A DNA stretch of 64,000 nucleotides from Camelus dromedarius (GCF_036321535.1 NC_087447.1:41790001-41854000), one strand, 5' to 3'. Shown: positions 1-14,084, counted from the stretch's first letter. Numbers and translations: made by a program. The notes: generated by a model from the sequence alone, not told the origin.

Positions 1-924
1 AGCAGATGAGCTAGGTTAAATTAGAATTTTGCATATTTATGATATTACCAAGCAAATTGTAACTATATACTTTTAACCTTACCAAGTTATTAAATAAAAT
101 ATCTTTAATATGAAGTAGTGATAGATACTAGTTTCTTGGCTTAAATGGCCAAGAATTATTCAGACAGATGAGTTGTACATGATAGTGATTATAATTTTAT
201 GTAGTCAGATAGGTTACACATTTAATGTGCAACATATTTGTATATGATTCAATATTTTAAAAAATATTTGTATTCCATACAAGAACAAAGAAAGAATAGA
301 GAGATGTAGAGCCACGTATTTGCAGTTTATCATTAAAGCAAGTTATAGTCAAGTATAAAAATCTTGTGTATTTCTATGTTAGTTCTGTAACTGGGCAATT
401 GCTTCACTGATACAAGACTTTCCAAATTTAGGCTTCTAAAGAAAACATGGTTTTATGTATTTTTGATACCAGGGACTTTCCCCCCCTATTTATTTGTTAG
501 CATACATAATATAGCATTTAAAGATTTATTCTTTTAATACAATCCATGGACTTGATCATTTTTTAGATTAATTATCTAGTTTCTAAATATAGAAAAATAT
601 AAATAAGGTTAATTTGTTCTTTAAGATCAGTAATGTTTAGTGATTCTCTTTCACTCTTGTTTTGTTTTGTTTTCTCCTGCTTGACAAAGATTTGTGTAGA
701 CTGGTTAATTATGATGCAGCCTTTAGTTATTGGTAGATCTCTGTAAAGTTCCTTCCTATAATAATAGAGTGTGACTCTCATTTAAAATCATCTTTGGGTA
801 ATGATAAAAATGTCATGTATTCTTAGGGGTTGGAAAGGTTTCCTGGCCAAATTCCAACCTCCCTTTTGATGATTAAATTAGTTTGTATACAATACTCTTG
901 CCAAGTGGTCATGTAACTTCCAGT

Positions 925-1040
925 GATTCATCCTTAAGTATTTTCTTAGTGCCTGTTAGGTGCTGGACAATGTGTTGGATGCTGAGCATATAATGGTAAA
1001 TAAGACAGATGTGGTCCATGACCTCATATTCTGTCTAGTA
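925..1040 (-). mobile_element. L2 LINE 3'-end relic
   Basis: 'aagtattttcttagtgcctgttaggtgctggacaatgtgttggatgctgag...gtaaataagacagatgtggtcc' resembles the antisense L2 3' end; boundaries approximate. Confidence 0.55.
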
Positions 1041-1141
1041 GCATTTGTATAGTGATGATAAATTTGCTTGTGTATGTAGTCACCTTCATAGTCTTATACG
1101 CATCATCTTCAAGTGTCTTGTTCTATTCCACAAATTCATAA

Positions 1142-1174
1142 GAGTATTAACCTGACCTATTCAGGTTAATACTC
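1142..1174. repeat. Perfect 14-bp inverted repeat with 5-nt spacer
   Basis: gagtattaacctga (1142-1155), cctat, tcaggttaatactc (1161-1174); the arms are exact reverse complements. Confidence 0.95.
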
Positions 1175-2659
1175 CAGTTGTGGTTACTGTATTTGAAAAT
1201 ACTGTGTTTTTTTCCTTCTCAAATGCCTGTTTGCTAAATTTGTATTAAAATTTGTACATATTCATCTTTTCAAAAGTTGGAGGTTCCAGAATGTTTGGAT
1301 GTGTCATTAAATTACAAACATACTACTCTTTACCTAATAAAAATTGGATTTTCTAGAACATATGCAGTGCAGAATGTTGAATATTACTACCCTATTTAAT
1401 TACATTATACTAAGAGTGTGATTTCAGACAGATAAAGTTGAAAGTTATTAAGATGGAGATCAGGTCCATGTAGGGCTAAATGTTATACTATGTAAGTGTA
1501 CATTAAAATTATAATTAAGTTGCCTTTTGCTTTTCAAAAAGAAATACCAACTTGAGCAAGTCTTTGGACATTGTTTTTGGCTAGCTTTTCAGTGGATCAT
1601 ATTAGAGACTGGAAACTAGTGCCAGCTATTCCTAGTGGAGTCATGAGCTATTGCTACTGCTTTGGCAGTCATTTTAGAGGTGTTAGCTACGGTGCTGCAA
1701 GAGTATGAAAACATTATGAGAACATCAGATCATGAGAAGTTAACTACATATTAATATCTGTGGCAAGTTTCAAATACCACTATTGATATATTTTATAATC
1801 TCAAATCACCTTAGCCCTTTGGTTCAGGTAGCTACTCCTTGTTTGTAGAGGTAAGAGCTCACTAATTGACTGAAGTCACTCATACGGCCAGTTACCAAGC
1901 AGCTAGATGAGGCTCTTCTTCCAGATTTAAAACAGAAATAAAATAGGAGGGTCCAAGGTATAGATCAGAACTGGTTATTATTTCTTTCTGCCTCCCAAGA
2001 GAAAGAACAGTAGATAGCGCTCCCCACATCCTGGCACAAAGGTTGCTGGGAAGTGAGGAATCGTATGAAGGGCCTTCAGAGTTGTTCTAGGGCCTTGGAT
2101 GACCAGAGGGTTTGGAATAGATTAGAATTTATGAAGGCTGAGAGCAGGTAAGCTGCGGTAGGTGCGTGTGGAACTTGCCAAGTGATGCCTTATGCCACTT
2201 GGCTGGGCCATCTGTGTGTGGAGATGTGGAGATATTGAGACCGTGGATGTGAACAATCTTTGATTTACCATATATGCTGTGTAAATAACATCTTCTATGT
2301 TGCAGAAAGTGAAAAAGGTTGGAGAGGACTGTGGTTTATCATATATTGTGGATTTTTTTAAAATTTCTTGGCCTCCATGTGGTTCTCTCTTTTTGGTAAA
2401 GTCCTTTTAAAGTCTCCAAACTGCCTCATTGATACTCATATGGTAATAGGAGTTAAAATGAAGTACGTATTTAATTGACAGGGTTTGGTTGGATGACTAA
2501 TTGAATATGAATGCACCAAAGGACCAAAAGTTATTTCTTTCACTCAAATTTGGGTGAGTAGGAGAATAGCAGTACCTAGACAAGATAGAGAGAAAATAGA
2601 AATAATTTCAGCTCTGTCCAGTTTGACTCTGCAAATGAATTTAAGGTGTAACTCCTAAA

Positions 2660-2925
2660 AAGACAACTTGGTAAAGTGATTAAGAACATGGACTCTAGAG
2701 TCTGACTTGCTTGAGTTTTAATTCTGGTTGCTCCACTTAGTAACTCTGTGATCTTACTTTACTTAAAGACCTCTGTGCCTCTTTTCCTCAGTCTAATAAG
2801 AATAAAAATAGTATTTAATTTACAGGGTTATTATGAAGATCAAATGAATTAATACACATAAAAGTACTCAGAATAGTGCCTAGTACATAGTAATCATTAT
2901 GTGTTAGCTCTTGTTATTATTGCCA
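2660..2925 (+). mobile_element. MIR SINE, near full length
   Basis: 'gtgattaagaacatggactctagagtc...ctccacttagtaactctgtgatctt...cagggttattatgaagatcaaatgaattaatacacataaaagtactcagaatagtgcctagtacatagtaa' follows MIR head, core and tail. Confidence 0.85.
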
Positions 2926-3086
2926 TTATTAGGGTATGTTTTCCAAAATAATTCTGTGATTTGATATAAAGCTTATTGGTATAAAAAGCATTTCTTTCAT
3001 CTGGAGCAGTCCTTTCCTGCTCTTAGTACCTTCTCGAATTTGTACAACCAAGGTGTGGAAAATTAGTTGTACAGTTTTAATTATTA

Positions 3087-3226
3087 TTATTTTAATTGAG
3101 TTATGGTCAGTTTACAATGTTGTGTCAATTTCTGGTGTACAGCACAATTTTCAGTCATACATGAATATACATATATTCATTTTCATATTCTTTTTCACCG
3201 TGAGCTAGTACATGATCTTGAATATA
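3087..3226 (-). mobile_element. 5'-truncated young L1 3' end
   Basis: Reverse complement is homologous to the L1 3' ends at about 13750-13900 and 46450-46585; flanked by direct repeat ttaattatta (3077-3086, 3227-3236). Confidence 0.85.
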
Positions 3227-4234
3227 TTAATTATTAAATCATGTTAATCTTACTGTGTATTCTAGGAAAGTGGGAGAAAGAAACAGTCTTTGAAAGTGTT
3301 TTATTATAATTCTTTTTGATTATCTTGAAATGCTCTATTGAAAATGTTTATTTCCTACTTTTGTCATCCTCATCTGGACAGTGTTTCTCAGCTCAGTTAA
3401 ATTTGAAGCTCTGATGTCACATTTCATTTTTCTGTTCCACTTTACTCCAGGACCTTAAGCTTTGCTCTTCATTAGGCTTATCTGGTCCTTTGTACTGTCC
3501 TACCCAGGTCAGATTTTGCTCACCTCGACCCTCATACACTACTGAGTGTTCCCATGGAACCTATGGGAAGCAGTTTGCTTTCTCAGAAAAACTAAAACTT
3601 TAAGCCTAAAGACTCATCTGGAAAAACTTTTTCAGAAATTGCAGATGAAAGGGGTGGTCTGAGGAAAACTGTCAGACTTGGAGGAAACATAAACAGAATT
3701 GTCCATAATTATTGTTGGATCTGTGGAAATCATATAGTCTTGGATTTCCTTCTCTCTTATTTCCCTCTACCCAGTAGTATTTAAATAAGCTATGCATACC
3801 TGTTTCTGTCCAGCCCTTGTAAATGTTTAGTGAGCCTGTCTGTTTAATTGCATGCCGGTTAGAATTTAGAGGGGGCCTAGCAGTTTGGTACTAATGACTA
3901 CCAAAACTTGTGACTTTTATTTATTTTATTTTTATATTTATGAGTGCATTTAAGGTTAGCCTTAAAATAATACTGTTCTCAAGTGAATTCTAATATCCTT
4001 TCTTGACTGGAAGAGAATGCTATGCCATTTCAATTAATGTTCTGTCCAATTGTAAGGAAGAGACTTGCTCAGATAGCTTTAAACTGAGTTCTCAACTCTA
4101 TTTCAATTCTCAAGTTCTATTTCAAGCAGCTCCACTTTGGGTGTCTCATTTGGCTATGCATGTTATTGTAAATTATATTCTTCCATCACCACAAAAGACA
4201 GAAGTTTTGTTTAGTTTCATTATTCGTCATGAGC

Positions 4235-4614
4235 ATTCATTGGGCTGTGGTTCAACTGCATACAACAGAAACCCCAGGCAATAGTGGCTTTAATGAAGTA
4301 TTTTTCTTCCTTGTAACATAAACAGGTCTGGAGCTAGGTGATTTGGTGCTGGTATTGCACTTTTGTGATTTCATTAAAGACTCAGACCCTAACTTTCTAC
4401 TTCTCCCTTTACGGGATATGACCCTTTTCTTCATGTTGTCATTCCAGACAGAAATAAGGGGAAAGGGTGAGAGGATTAAAAATGTGGCTGAGTCTTCAAA
4501 GCTCCAAAAGAGCTTTCCTGGAAGTGTACCTAGTGACTTGTACTTATATGTCTTTGGCCAGAACTAATATGTAACCGTACTGGACTACAAGAGAGGCAGA
4601 GAAATGTAGTGTTT

Positions 4615-4651
<37 letters not shown>

Positions 4652-4749
4652 TTTGAGCTGGATATATTGCTATCCCCAATAAAGTCTCCTAGTAGTGGAA
4701 AAAGGGGGGAAAATAGGTACTAGGTGGGCAGCTAACAGTCTCTGCCACA
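4235..4749 (-). mobile_element. MaLR (MLT1-type) solo LTR
   Basis: MLT1-like motifs 'caactgcatacaacagaaaccc...aatagtggctttaa' and 'tctttggccagaact...gcagagaaatgtagt'; ends 'tctgccaca' (TGTGGCAGA on the minus strand); interrupted by (TG)n. Confidence 0.65.
4616..4649. repeat. (TG)n microsatellite
   Basis: Uninterrupted TG run. Confidence 0.95.
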
Positions 4750-5199
4750 TCCTTCAAAATAGGAGTCCATATAGAGCAGCCTTCAGCAGGTCATCCCTGG
4801 ACTAATAATTTGTGGCCAGGAGATTAAGATTGGTTTCTCTTGAAGTTTTTGGCTTTGCAAGTCATGAAGAACTACTTTGGCTTGGTTTTTGAAGGGGTAG
4901 GGTAGTGTAATTGGCAAGCGCTATGAGGCTTTATGCTCTGAACAGAAGTAGAGTTGTTTAGCTTATGGAAAGAATGCATAACTGTGGGTATGTATATAAC
5001 TGGCAGCCAGAAAAAAGGATTGACAGTTGCTCTCTCCAGGTAACCTAATCTTATTCCTAACTCAGAATCTTTGATCTTTCCAAACATGGTGATGTCTCTC
5101 CTTATGTATTATATTAAAATTACATTTTTTAACTTCAAGACCAGTTCATTAGTGGTTATTTAGGAGCTTTGAGTATTTAGCCATATTTACCCTCTCCTC

Positions 5200-5830
5200 T
5201 CTTCAACTATCATGAGAGAAGAAACCCTTTGTTTTTGCTCATTCTTACATTCCCAATGCCAGGCATATATGAGGTACTAAATAAATATTTGCTGAATAAA
5301 TGATTGACTGAACGAATAAGAATGGTAGCATTCTGTTTTACTTTGAGTACTCCTAGATTGGGAATCTGCTATTTTAGGAGTTCACCTTTTCGACTTTTAT
5401 ACAGTTCTAGAGAGGCAACATAATAGAATAGAAATGATATGACTTTGGAGTCATTTGCACAACAAACTTTTTTTGATCCCCTGTTGTGTGTCAGATGCTG
5501 GAATAGGGAAACAAATAAGTGTGTTCCTTATCTCAAGGAAAGAGGTAGACAAACTTATAAACACTTTAATTATTGAACTTACTATGCTAAGTGCTGTACG
5601 TGTGCACTAGTTTCTAAAGGTGCATATAGGAGTATTTTACCTAGGTTGGAACAGTGGGTTTGGAGTGAGCAAGGTTGTGGTCCAGGAACACTTTCCATAG
5701 GAGAGGCTACCCATGTGGGTAAGAATTAGTCAGGTGGACGTGAATGGGGATTATGTTCTAGGTAGAGAATACTGCTTGTGCAGAGATACAAATATGAGGA
5801 TGCAAAGGATATGGGGAGTGAAAGAAGGCA
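5200..5830. mobile_element. L2 relics (plus-strand 3' end about 5200-5315; minus-strand piece about 5450-5830)
   Basis: 'gtactaaataaatatttgctgaataaatgattgactgaa' is a typical L2 terminus; downstream 'tgtgtgtcagatgctgg...ttccttatctcaagg' resembles antisense L2. Confidence 0.5.
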
Positions 5831-6314
5831 TAGGAACCGACTATTGAAGGATTTAGACTTCATCCAGAATACCATTAAAGACATTTTCAGAACAGGTTTT
5901 CTCTCTGATGATAGGGGAAGCACATTTTTATCTTTTAGAAGATCTCAGAAATACAGAAAGGTATATGAAGAAGCGTGTGGTCACTTGTAATCCCTTCAAC
6001 CAGGGGTAACCACTGTTAACATTTTGGTGTATATACTGTCATAATTCCGTAGTTTCTCTCTCTTCTCTCTTTCTTCCCTCCTTTTCCCTTTTTCTTCTCT
6101 CTCTCCTCTTTCTCTCCTACCCCCTTCTCTGGCCAGATTTTGTTGGCTCTTAAGGCAAGGACTTGAAAGATTCATTGAAAAAAGAGATTAAGGTATGGAA
6201 AGGCAGAATTTTTTGTCTTGGGACTCATTTTCTGAAATAAATGTTACAGAACGAGGCATAGTTTTGGGCGTGGAGAGTTTGAATTTGGGTAATAGGTATG
6301 CTTTTTCTTTTCCA

Positions 6315-6545
6315 CAAACACATTTAGCACTGAGTATGTGTCCATTTCTATTTTAAGAACTTTCAAAAATTACATATTTAAATCTCAAGATAAACTTACA
6401 AGGTAAGTATTACTATTTTCATTTTATAGATGAGGAAGTTGAGATACAAAGAGGTCAAGTAATTTGTTTAAGGTTTACATAGCTGTAAGTGGTAGAACCT
6501 GGGAACCAGGCTCCAGACTTATATCATGGCATTCTGGCTCTAGCA
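6315..6545 (-). mobile_element. MIR SINE
   Basis: 'cattttatagatgaggaagttgagatacaaagaggtcaagtaatttgtttaaggtttacatagctgtaagtggtagaacctggg' matches the antisense MIR core. Confidence 0.85.
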
Positions 6546-8769
6546 TTTATGCTTTTTATGCTATACTATCTCTCAGGTTGAGGCCAAAATGTATGTAAAA
6601 TGGTCCAATAAATATATCTAGCAGGCATGTCGGTATGCATTTGAAACCCAGGGGACAGGTTAGCCTTGGAGATACAGATTTGGAAGTCATCACACATGAG
6701 GATATTAAAGTCATGTCATGAGAGTTAACATTTCCAGTATCTTCATTCATATTCTGTGATAATACTGAGTATGCCTTGTTTCCTGGTTACTTTTCTCTGG
6801 AAACTTCCCTTTGGCACTATTCTTTTTTAGGCTATGCCTTACATAATTAGATGTAAAGTTGTAATGCAGAGAAAATGACTGTATTTTCCCCCTTTGAGAC
6901 AGATGTTACTTACATTAATGCAACCAAAACTGCATTATTGCTTTTTTTTCTTTCCTTAAAGTAACTATACTGTATTGCCTCAACACACATAATTGACCTT
7001 GGGGTCACCATCCCGCACTTTCTCTTCTTTGGGTTTTGTTTACATGAAAGTGTACAATGATGTATCTGCCCCATGAGGTACTTACAATTTTTTAAGAGCT
7101 AAAATGAAAACTTTATATAGTATCTATAGTTTATTTGAAGTTTGTAATTGTATTCTACCTAGCTATTTTACTTTTCCTTGTCATTTGGGAAGGAGTCAAA
7201 GAGCAAAGGAAATTTCTGGAAGGAGCTCAAAATATACACAAAGTTTCCCCAATGTTCCTGCTTTTTGAATGCTCTTAGACATCAGATTTGTGTCCCAGAA
7301 TTGATTTATACACTTTTGAAAGTGCCTTGTATGAAAAAGGGAAAGTCAAAACAGGATGTGAGGTCATTTAAATCAGTTTTGCTTATGTGAGTAGCCTCTG
7401 ATCAGATCAAATCAAAGAAATTTTTTTGCTTTTTAAAAAAAATTATTGTTTATCTTTAGAAAAGGAGTATAGAGGTGTGATTGTGGATAGTTGGTAGCTT
7501 GTGGTTACACCTCAAGAACCTGCATTTATATGTGATAAAATTTAGACATGTTATATCTAAAAATATTTAGATGAATATGAGGAAATGTTATTTTTTTAAT
7601 GAGAAGAAATTTTCTAACATTAGAAAAGCCTACTTTCCAATCATTTTAGTTTAGCTTTGATTAGAAGGATGAACTCAATATAGAAATGGGTTTTATTTAG
7701 CCAACTCTGATTCTCAGTTATTTACAGTAAAGCAGATGATCTGATAGGATGACAAGTTAAATCTTAATGATATAAACAATTTAAAGTACGTGGCAATTTT
7801 CCTCATTTGTAGCTGTTCCTGTAATATGAAAACACTGGGAGGTGTAGAAAAATAAAATTGTGAAGACATTTAGGATAAGATGGAGTTGAAAATTGTCAGA
7901 AATACAGAAGTTATTTAGCTATTTAACCCTGTATATATCTGACCTTTAAAATATATATGACCAGCCCCTCTGAAATGGAAATAAAATGAAATTTTAACCA
8001 AAGAATATAAAGAGTTTCTAGACTATGAAGATATACAGAAATTTGGAGAGGGACATTACCCCAATGCCTCATTTTATATCTCCTTTTAAAAAATTCAAAT
8101 ATATGGAGACAACTTATCTTTTAGTATGATTGTCTCAACACTTTATAAACAGTTTCAAATTCTCTAAGTTTGTTTATTTCACCTTCTTTTAATGTTATCT
8201 GTCAGCAGAACACTGTAAACCATTGATGTTACAAAATTTAATGTCTCTAGACATGACTTTTACATTTTCTAACATTTGAATATTCTATTGTGAGGGAAAA
8301 TAAATTGTAGATTAAGTGTGACCTGTGTGTAAAACAATTCTCTTCTGAGTGATAGTGAAACAATTACTGAGTTATAACAGTTAGTGAAAGTATAGATGCC
8401 TAGCACTTGTTTTTCATGTAATCAACATTGTAGCTCACTGCACATGATTTATCTGTTCATTACAATTAAAAAGTAAGTCTGGTTATTTAGAGTTTATATC
8501 AAAGCTGACTATATAGAGAAAGAACATTCAATTCTTGGGAAAGCTTTAAAAAAATAAAATAGTCAGAATTTTGTAATTTTGATTAAGTCAGAAGCTGGGT
8601 AACATCCATTCTTTTAACTTAAATCAGTTTCTGGATTTATTTCTAAGTGTTATAATAGGCTACATTGTATATACATGGGTAAATTAGAAATAGATCAGCT
8701 GTCACAGGGACTGAAACCAACCCTTAAATTATTTTAACTCCTGATTAAATTAAGGTTATCTACTATTCT

Positions 8770-9785
8770 TAGTCTTTAGGCTAGCTGCCTGCTAAAAGAA
8801 CACATAAATTCACTTTGGAGGAAGTTAACATCATTCACAGTCTCAAATTATTTACACCTTAAAGAAAAATACAGTGTTCAGCATTCAATCAAAAGTAATC
8901 AATTCAAGGACAATGTGACAAAAAACTAAGAGAAATAGTAGTAGAAACAGACTCACAAGGTATTCAGATAATGGCACTATCAGACAAGACTGTGCTTTAA
9001 TATATTTAGGGAAAATAAAAAATTTAATATTTTGGCACAGTATTAGAAACTAATAAAAGAACCAAATGAAATTCAAGAACTGAAAAAATACAATAACTAA
9101 GTAACTCAGAAGATTGACTTAACAACATTTTAGGCATTGCTGAAGAGAGAATTAGTAAACTGGAAGATGACAAGAAAATAAACTATTTCATGGTAAGGGG
9201 GGAAAAAGATAAAATACAGAAATGAGTAGATTAAAAAGAACAGTATGTAAATATCCTAAGGAGTCTCCAAACACTCTTAGAACTAATGTAAATGAGTTCA
9301 GGGAAGTTGCAGAATATAAGATCAGTATATAGAATTTAATTGGTTTTGAATACTAGCAATAAACTACTGGAATTCAAATTCTTATGGAAATGTGAAAGAC
9401 CTAGAATGGGAAGACAACTTTGACAAGTAAGAACAAAGTTGGAGACTTATACTCATTGACTTGAAGGCATATTGTTAAGCTACAGTGATCAAAATAGTTT
9501 AATATTGGAGTCAAGATAGATAATGAAACAATACTAATTCTCCAATAGAACAGAAGAAATAATTCAAACATAGACCTCACCCTGTGTGTGTGCTGTATGT
9601 GTGTGTGAGTGTGTGTAAAACTGATTTTTTGACAAAGGTATAAAGATAGTTCTGGAAAAAGGATAGCTTTTTCAACAAATGATGCCAGCACATTAGGTAG
9701 CCATATTAACAGATGAAGATTCATATCTCAAGAACTCCAAATAGATCATGGGTCTAAATTTAAAATCTAAATCTATAAAACTTTT
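8770..9785 (+). mobile_element. Old L1 (L1M-type) ORF1 and ORF2 fragments
   Basis: ORF1-like 'gaaccaaatgaaattcaagaactgaaaaaatacaataac...ctgaagagagaattagtaaactggaaga', then ORF2-like 'ctcttagaactaat...gagttcagggaagttgcagaatataagatcagtata'. Confidence 0.75.
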
Positions 9786-9789
9786 TTTC

Positions 9790-10310
9790 TGATCAGTCTG
9801 TCAATTTTATTGATTCTTTCAGTGAACCAGCTTTTGGTTTCATTGATTTTCTCCACTGCTTTTCTGTTGTCAATTTCATTGATTTCCATTCTCATCTTTA
9901 TTGTTTTTCTTCGTCTGCTTACTTTGGTTTAATTTGCTCTTCTTTTTTGATTTCTTATGGTGGAAATTGAAGTCATTGATTTGAGATCTTTATTCTTTTC
10001 TAATAAAAGGCATTTAGTGCTATAAATTAATCCCCAGGTATTGCTTTAACTGCATTTCACAGACTTTAATAAATTTTGTTTTCATTTGAATCCAGTTCAA
10101 ACTACCTTCAAATTTACTTTTAAATTTTTATCTGATGCATGGGTTATCTAGAATTGTGCTTCTTAATATTTTGGGATTTTGTAGACAGTGTTTCTTTAAA
10201 GTTTTTGAGTTTAATTTCAGTATAGTCAGAGAACACAGTTTTGTGTGATTTAAATCATTTTTAATTTATCAAATGCCTTTTACATGGCCCAGAATATGGT
10301 CTGTCTTGGC
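9790..10310 (-). mobile_element. Old L1 ORF2 fragment, antisense
   Basis: 'gaaccagcttttggtttcattgattttctc...ttgatttgagatcttt...ggcccagaatatggtctgtcttgg'. Confidence 0.8.
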
Positions 10311-12764
10311 CTCTACTGCTTATGTTTAATGCTGTTATCGTATTTGTTCTTGGTAATTATAACAATTTCCCATCCAGTCTTTGTTACTTTACCACTGCTT
10401 ACATTTCAGTATTGCCTGAGTTATTCTTCCTGAATACCCGCCTGATTTGGTCACTCTTGCCTTTTCCCGAAAGCTCTGGTGATATCCCACTATTTGCAGA
10501 ATGAAATTCATTCTCTCTATCATGGGAGACAGTCTTTTTTTATTTGGGTACAAGTTATCTTTCTAAGAAAGCCTCATCTGGTACTATCATCCTCTTCTGT
10601 CTCTTTCCACATATTTTGTATTCCAACCATGTTAAGCTGGTTTTCTTTTCCAAAAATGCATTATAGCATGAATTTTCTATATGCCTTTGATCAGACTATT
10701 CTTTTCTCTTCCTTCTTGCTTTTCGTTTAGCACTTATGCTAATCCTGCTGTACCTGTGGAACTTTCTTTGCTTTCCTCTGCTAGTATCTACCGTGTTCTT
10801 GGTTCATACTTATTATCTGTCTTATGGTGTACTTTGACTTTGATGCCATATTTGTGTATTACTCAGTTATACTTCAGATCTCAATAGTGAGGAAATTAAG
10901 ACAATACTTAGGGGTTTTAAAAAATTAATACATTTAATATAATATCCTTAATTCAGCACATGGATCAAAGGATTCAAGAATGGTGAAAAATTTTAAGTTG
11001 TTTTGGAATAAATTGAACCCTAGATTCTAGGTTTTCTGCACCTTTTATAAGTCATCAGCATTAAAGATAGTGTTTACAAATGAAACAAAGTTCCCAGCCA
11101 GTTTTTACTAATTCTTAAACAAAATCAAGGAGTGAGTTTGATAGTGCTACAAGAAATAATAAACTGCAAGAAGAAACTGAAAATAGTTTATCAACTGATG
11201 TCTATAAAATTATATGTTCTCATATTTTAGTGAAGGTGATATGTAATAATTGATGTTGGTGATTAGTTGGAAAATGAAATTATGGATGATATAAATATCT
11301 TACGTATAGTGACAGAAATAGAGGATCTAAGTATGAAGAAGAGGAGGAATTGAAATTACCTCCAAAACTAGCATTTACTTCTGTGATAGCCAGAGCTGTC
11401 CAATCCTTATTTTATATTATATTCAAAATTCAGTTTATATTATGATAAGACAACAGAAAGAACATCTTGCAAATAATATTTCTTTTATGTAATAAAATGA
11501 TGTACATTTATTTTTTAAGTTAAAAAGTCAGAAATTTATCATTTTTTAATAATTCTTTACTTTAACTCACTTGTTTGATTAACTAATTACCTATTGTATA
11601 CTTTGTGATCTATAAAGAATTGTTTGAATGGGAATTTTTCTTATAGCCAAGAAAGTAAGCTGTGTGCAATACAATGTTTGGATAGCACTTTACTGTTTTC
11701 AAAGCTCTGTTAGGTGTGCTGTTTCTTGGAAGGAAAGGTATATCAGTGAAAGGTGTCAATGGATGTATAGAATCTCATGGTCCTTCTGCCTAATCAGTGG
11801 AAGAAAGATGCAGCGAGAGGGCTAGCTGAGCAAAGAAATGCTAAGGGATTTTCTGGCTAGCATTACAGAAGCGCTTTAGAAGTGGATTATTTGGCTATAT
11901 TATGGACGTGTTCAGAGATGTTAAGTATTGTGTGTGTATACATAGCTGAAAAAGATGTTTTCAAATATTGAATCCTTGAAGGTTAGAGATCATGTATATC
12001 AGAACATTAGATTTGATGATAACACATAAATGTGTTCTCCTGTAAGGAAGATGCATGTCAACCTTTAGCATAGAAAGTTGGGAGGAACCTTTTAGTTGTC
12101 TAGGAGTGCTGACTAGTGTTTCTTTAATGATTTCACCCCAATTCCAGAAGGTTTTAGTCATGTGTGATTGTGAATTTAATACATTAGGTAATTGCTCCAG
12201 TTCTGCCTTTATCCTTATTTGGTTATTTATCCTCTCATTTCATGTCTGTTCTTGTTTTTATTTAGCATGACCTTTACATATAGATGAGTGAGTGGGGTGG
12301 AAAACCCACCATACCAACAACTAAATGCCTTCATCTCATACCTGCCATTTTCTGAATGTTTTTCTTTGAAGTGTTTGTTAAATCTGAGCTATTTTATCCA
12401 GGTGCAAAATGTGGGACATTTGTTTTAAAGCAGAATTAAAAGAAACAATTAGTTATTTTCAAAATGAAGCATTTCCAGCCCAGCTGCTTAAAAAATAGCT
12501 TTTGTTGTCAGGATAGTTTTATTCAATAAAACATTTAATTATTTAAACAAAACAGATTAATGTAGTTAAAACACATTTTTAAAAACAGATTTTAAGTCAT
12601 GCCAGTCAATTTAAAGTAAATTTAAATGTTAAATTATTAAATTTCCATTTAAATACCCCCTCTTCCATCAGTAACACTTCTCTCCAGAAATAGCTAATCT
12701 TAATCTGTTTATCTTAGATAATCTTCTCTGTTGATATTTGTTCAGTGAATGAGAACAGTGTTCT

Positions 12765-12880
12765 GCCCCTGCACTGCCAAATTCCTGATCCACAGACTCC
12801 ATGAGCAAAATAAAATGGTGCTTAATTTAAGCTACTACATTTTGGGTTGGTTTATTATACAGCAAGAGTAACTGGAAGAT
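12765..12880 (+). mobile_element. MLT1-type LTR 3' fragment
   Basis: 'ccaaattcctgatccacagactccatgagcaaaataaaatggtg...tttaagctactacattttgggttggtttattatacagcaagagtaactggaa'. Confidence 0.7.
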
Positions 12881-13554
12881 AAGTGCTAAAGAGAAAAGGC
12901 ATTTGTACTGCTTTAGCAAAGTCCTGAGATAAGATGTTAAGTTCTTTGAAGCTTAGTATTTATTTTGGGTTTGAAGGGATGTTAGGTCATACTAGAAGAG
13001 AAGGCACAGGTAGTTGGGGCCAATTGTTTATGGCTCTTAACACTTCATTAATAGGTTTAAACTTTTTTCTGTGTGCAGTGGGATCATAAAGATTTTTTGA
13101 GTATAGAAGTTTATATAGAAAATGACTATGGAAATTTTTCTTTCTCTTACATCATCCCAACTTCCTGGAATGTGTCTCAAGTTCATTTATGGTTATATGT
13201 GTTTACTCAGCAAACATTTGTCATACATGTATTTTCTACCAGTAGCATAGTTCTTGTAAAATATGAAAGCTTATGCTTTTGATTTGTTCTCTTTTTGTTT
13301 TCATGAAATTGTACACAATCAAAACAAGGGTCTAATGAGAAAGCTACCCAAAATGTTGTATTTATGTCTCTAAATAGGGCACTAAAAATTACCATGGCTT
13401 TGCACATAAATTAAGTAATCATATTGAACATGCAGAGCATAAATATGGTAGAAAAGACGTGAAGGTTAAATCAAGATCAGAAAATGTTACTTGGTGGGAA
13501 TACACATTTCTGTGGATTTGTGAAAACTCGTTTATTGTTATCTATGAAAAAGCC

Positions 13555-14005
13555 TGATGGGAATTTGATGGATATTACTTTGAATCTGTAGATCAATTTA
13601 GGGAGGGTTGATAACAATACTGAGCTGCCAAATTATGAACCCTTACCAGGGGGTGAAGGGAATGGGAAGGGATAAACTGGGAGTTTGAAAGTTATATGCT
13701 AGCTACTATATATAAAATAGATAAACAACAAGTTTATACTGTATAGCACAGGGAGCTATTTTCAATATCTTGTAGTAACCTACAATGAAAAAGAACATGA
13801 AAATAAATATATGTATGTATATGTATGACTGAAATATTGTGCTGTACACCAGAAATTGACACAATGTTGTAAACTGACTAGACTTCAGTAAAAAATAATG
13901 TGAAAAAAAAAATTATGAACCTAGATTTCTCCCCATTTATTTAGGTCTTCTGGATTTGTAGTTCTCTTGCAACCTTACTAAAAATCACTTATTAGTTCTA
14001 TGAGT
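13555..14005 (-). mobile_element. Old antisense L1 ORF2 fragment, split by a younger L1
   Basis: 'gaatttgat...ttgaatctgtagatcaatttagggag' resumes after the insertion as 'ccatttatttaggtcttct'. Confidence 0.65.
13642..13909 (+). mobile_element. 5'-truncated young L1 3'UTR with poly(A)
   Basis: G-rich tract, L1 3'UTR and A tail; TSD aaattatgaacc at 13630-13641 and 13910-13921. Confidence 0.9.
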
Positions 14006-14084
14006 TTATGTTCATTTTATTTGAGTGCTTTTATTTTTGATTAGTCATATTTTTTAAATGTTCATATATGTATTTATATATATC

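Noticed and set aside
9240..10310. Adjacent sense and antisense L1 ORF2 fragments as a twin-priming inversion
   Set aside because: No 3' end, poly(A) or TSD, and the order does not fit the model; more likely separate or rearranged old fragments.
11040..11600. Purine-rich stretch reminiscent of a decayed Tigger/pogo transposase end
   Set aside because: No terminal inverted repeats or translatable motif could be identified by eye; needs a Dfam search.
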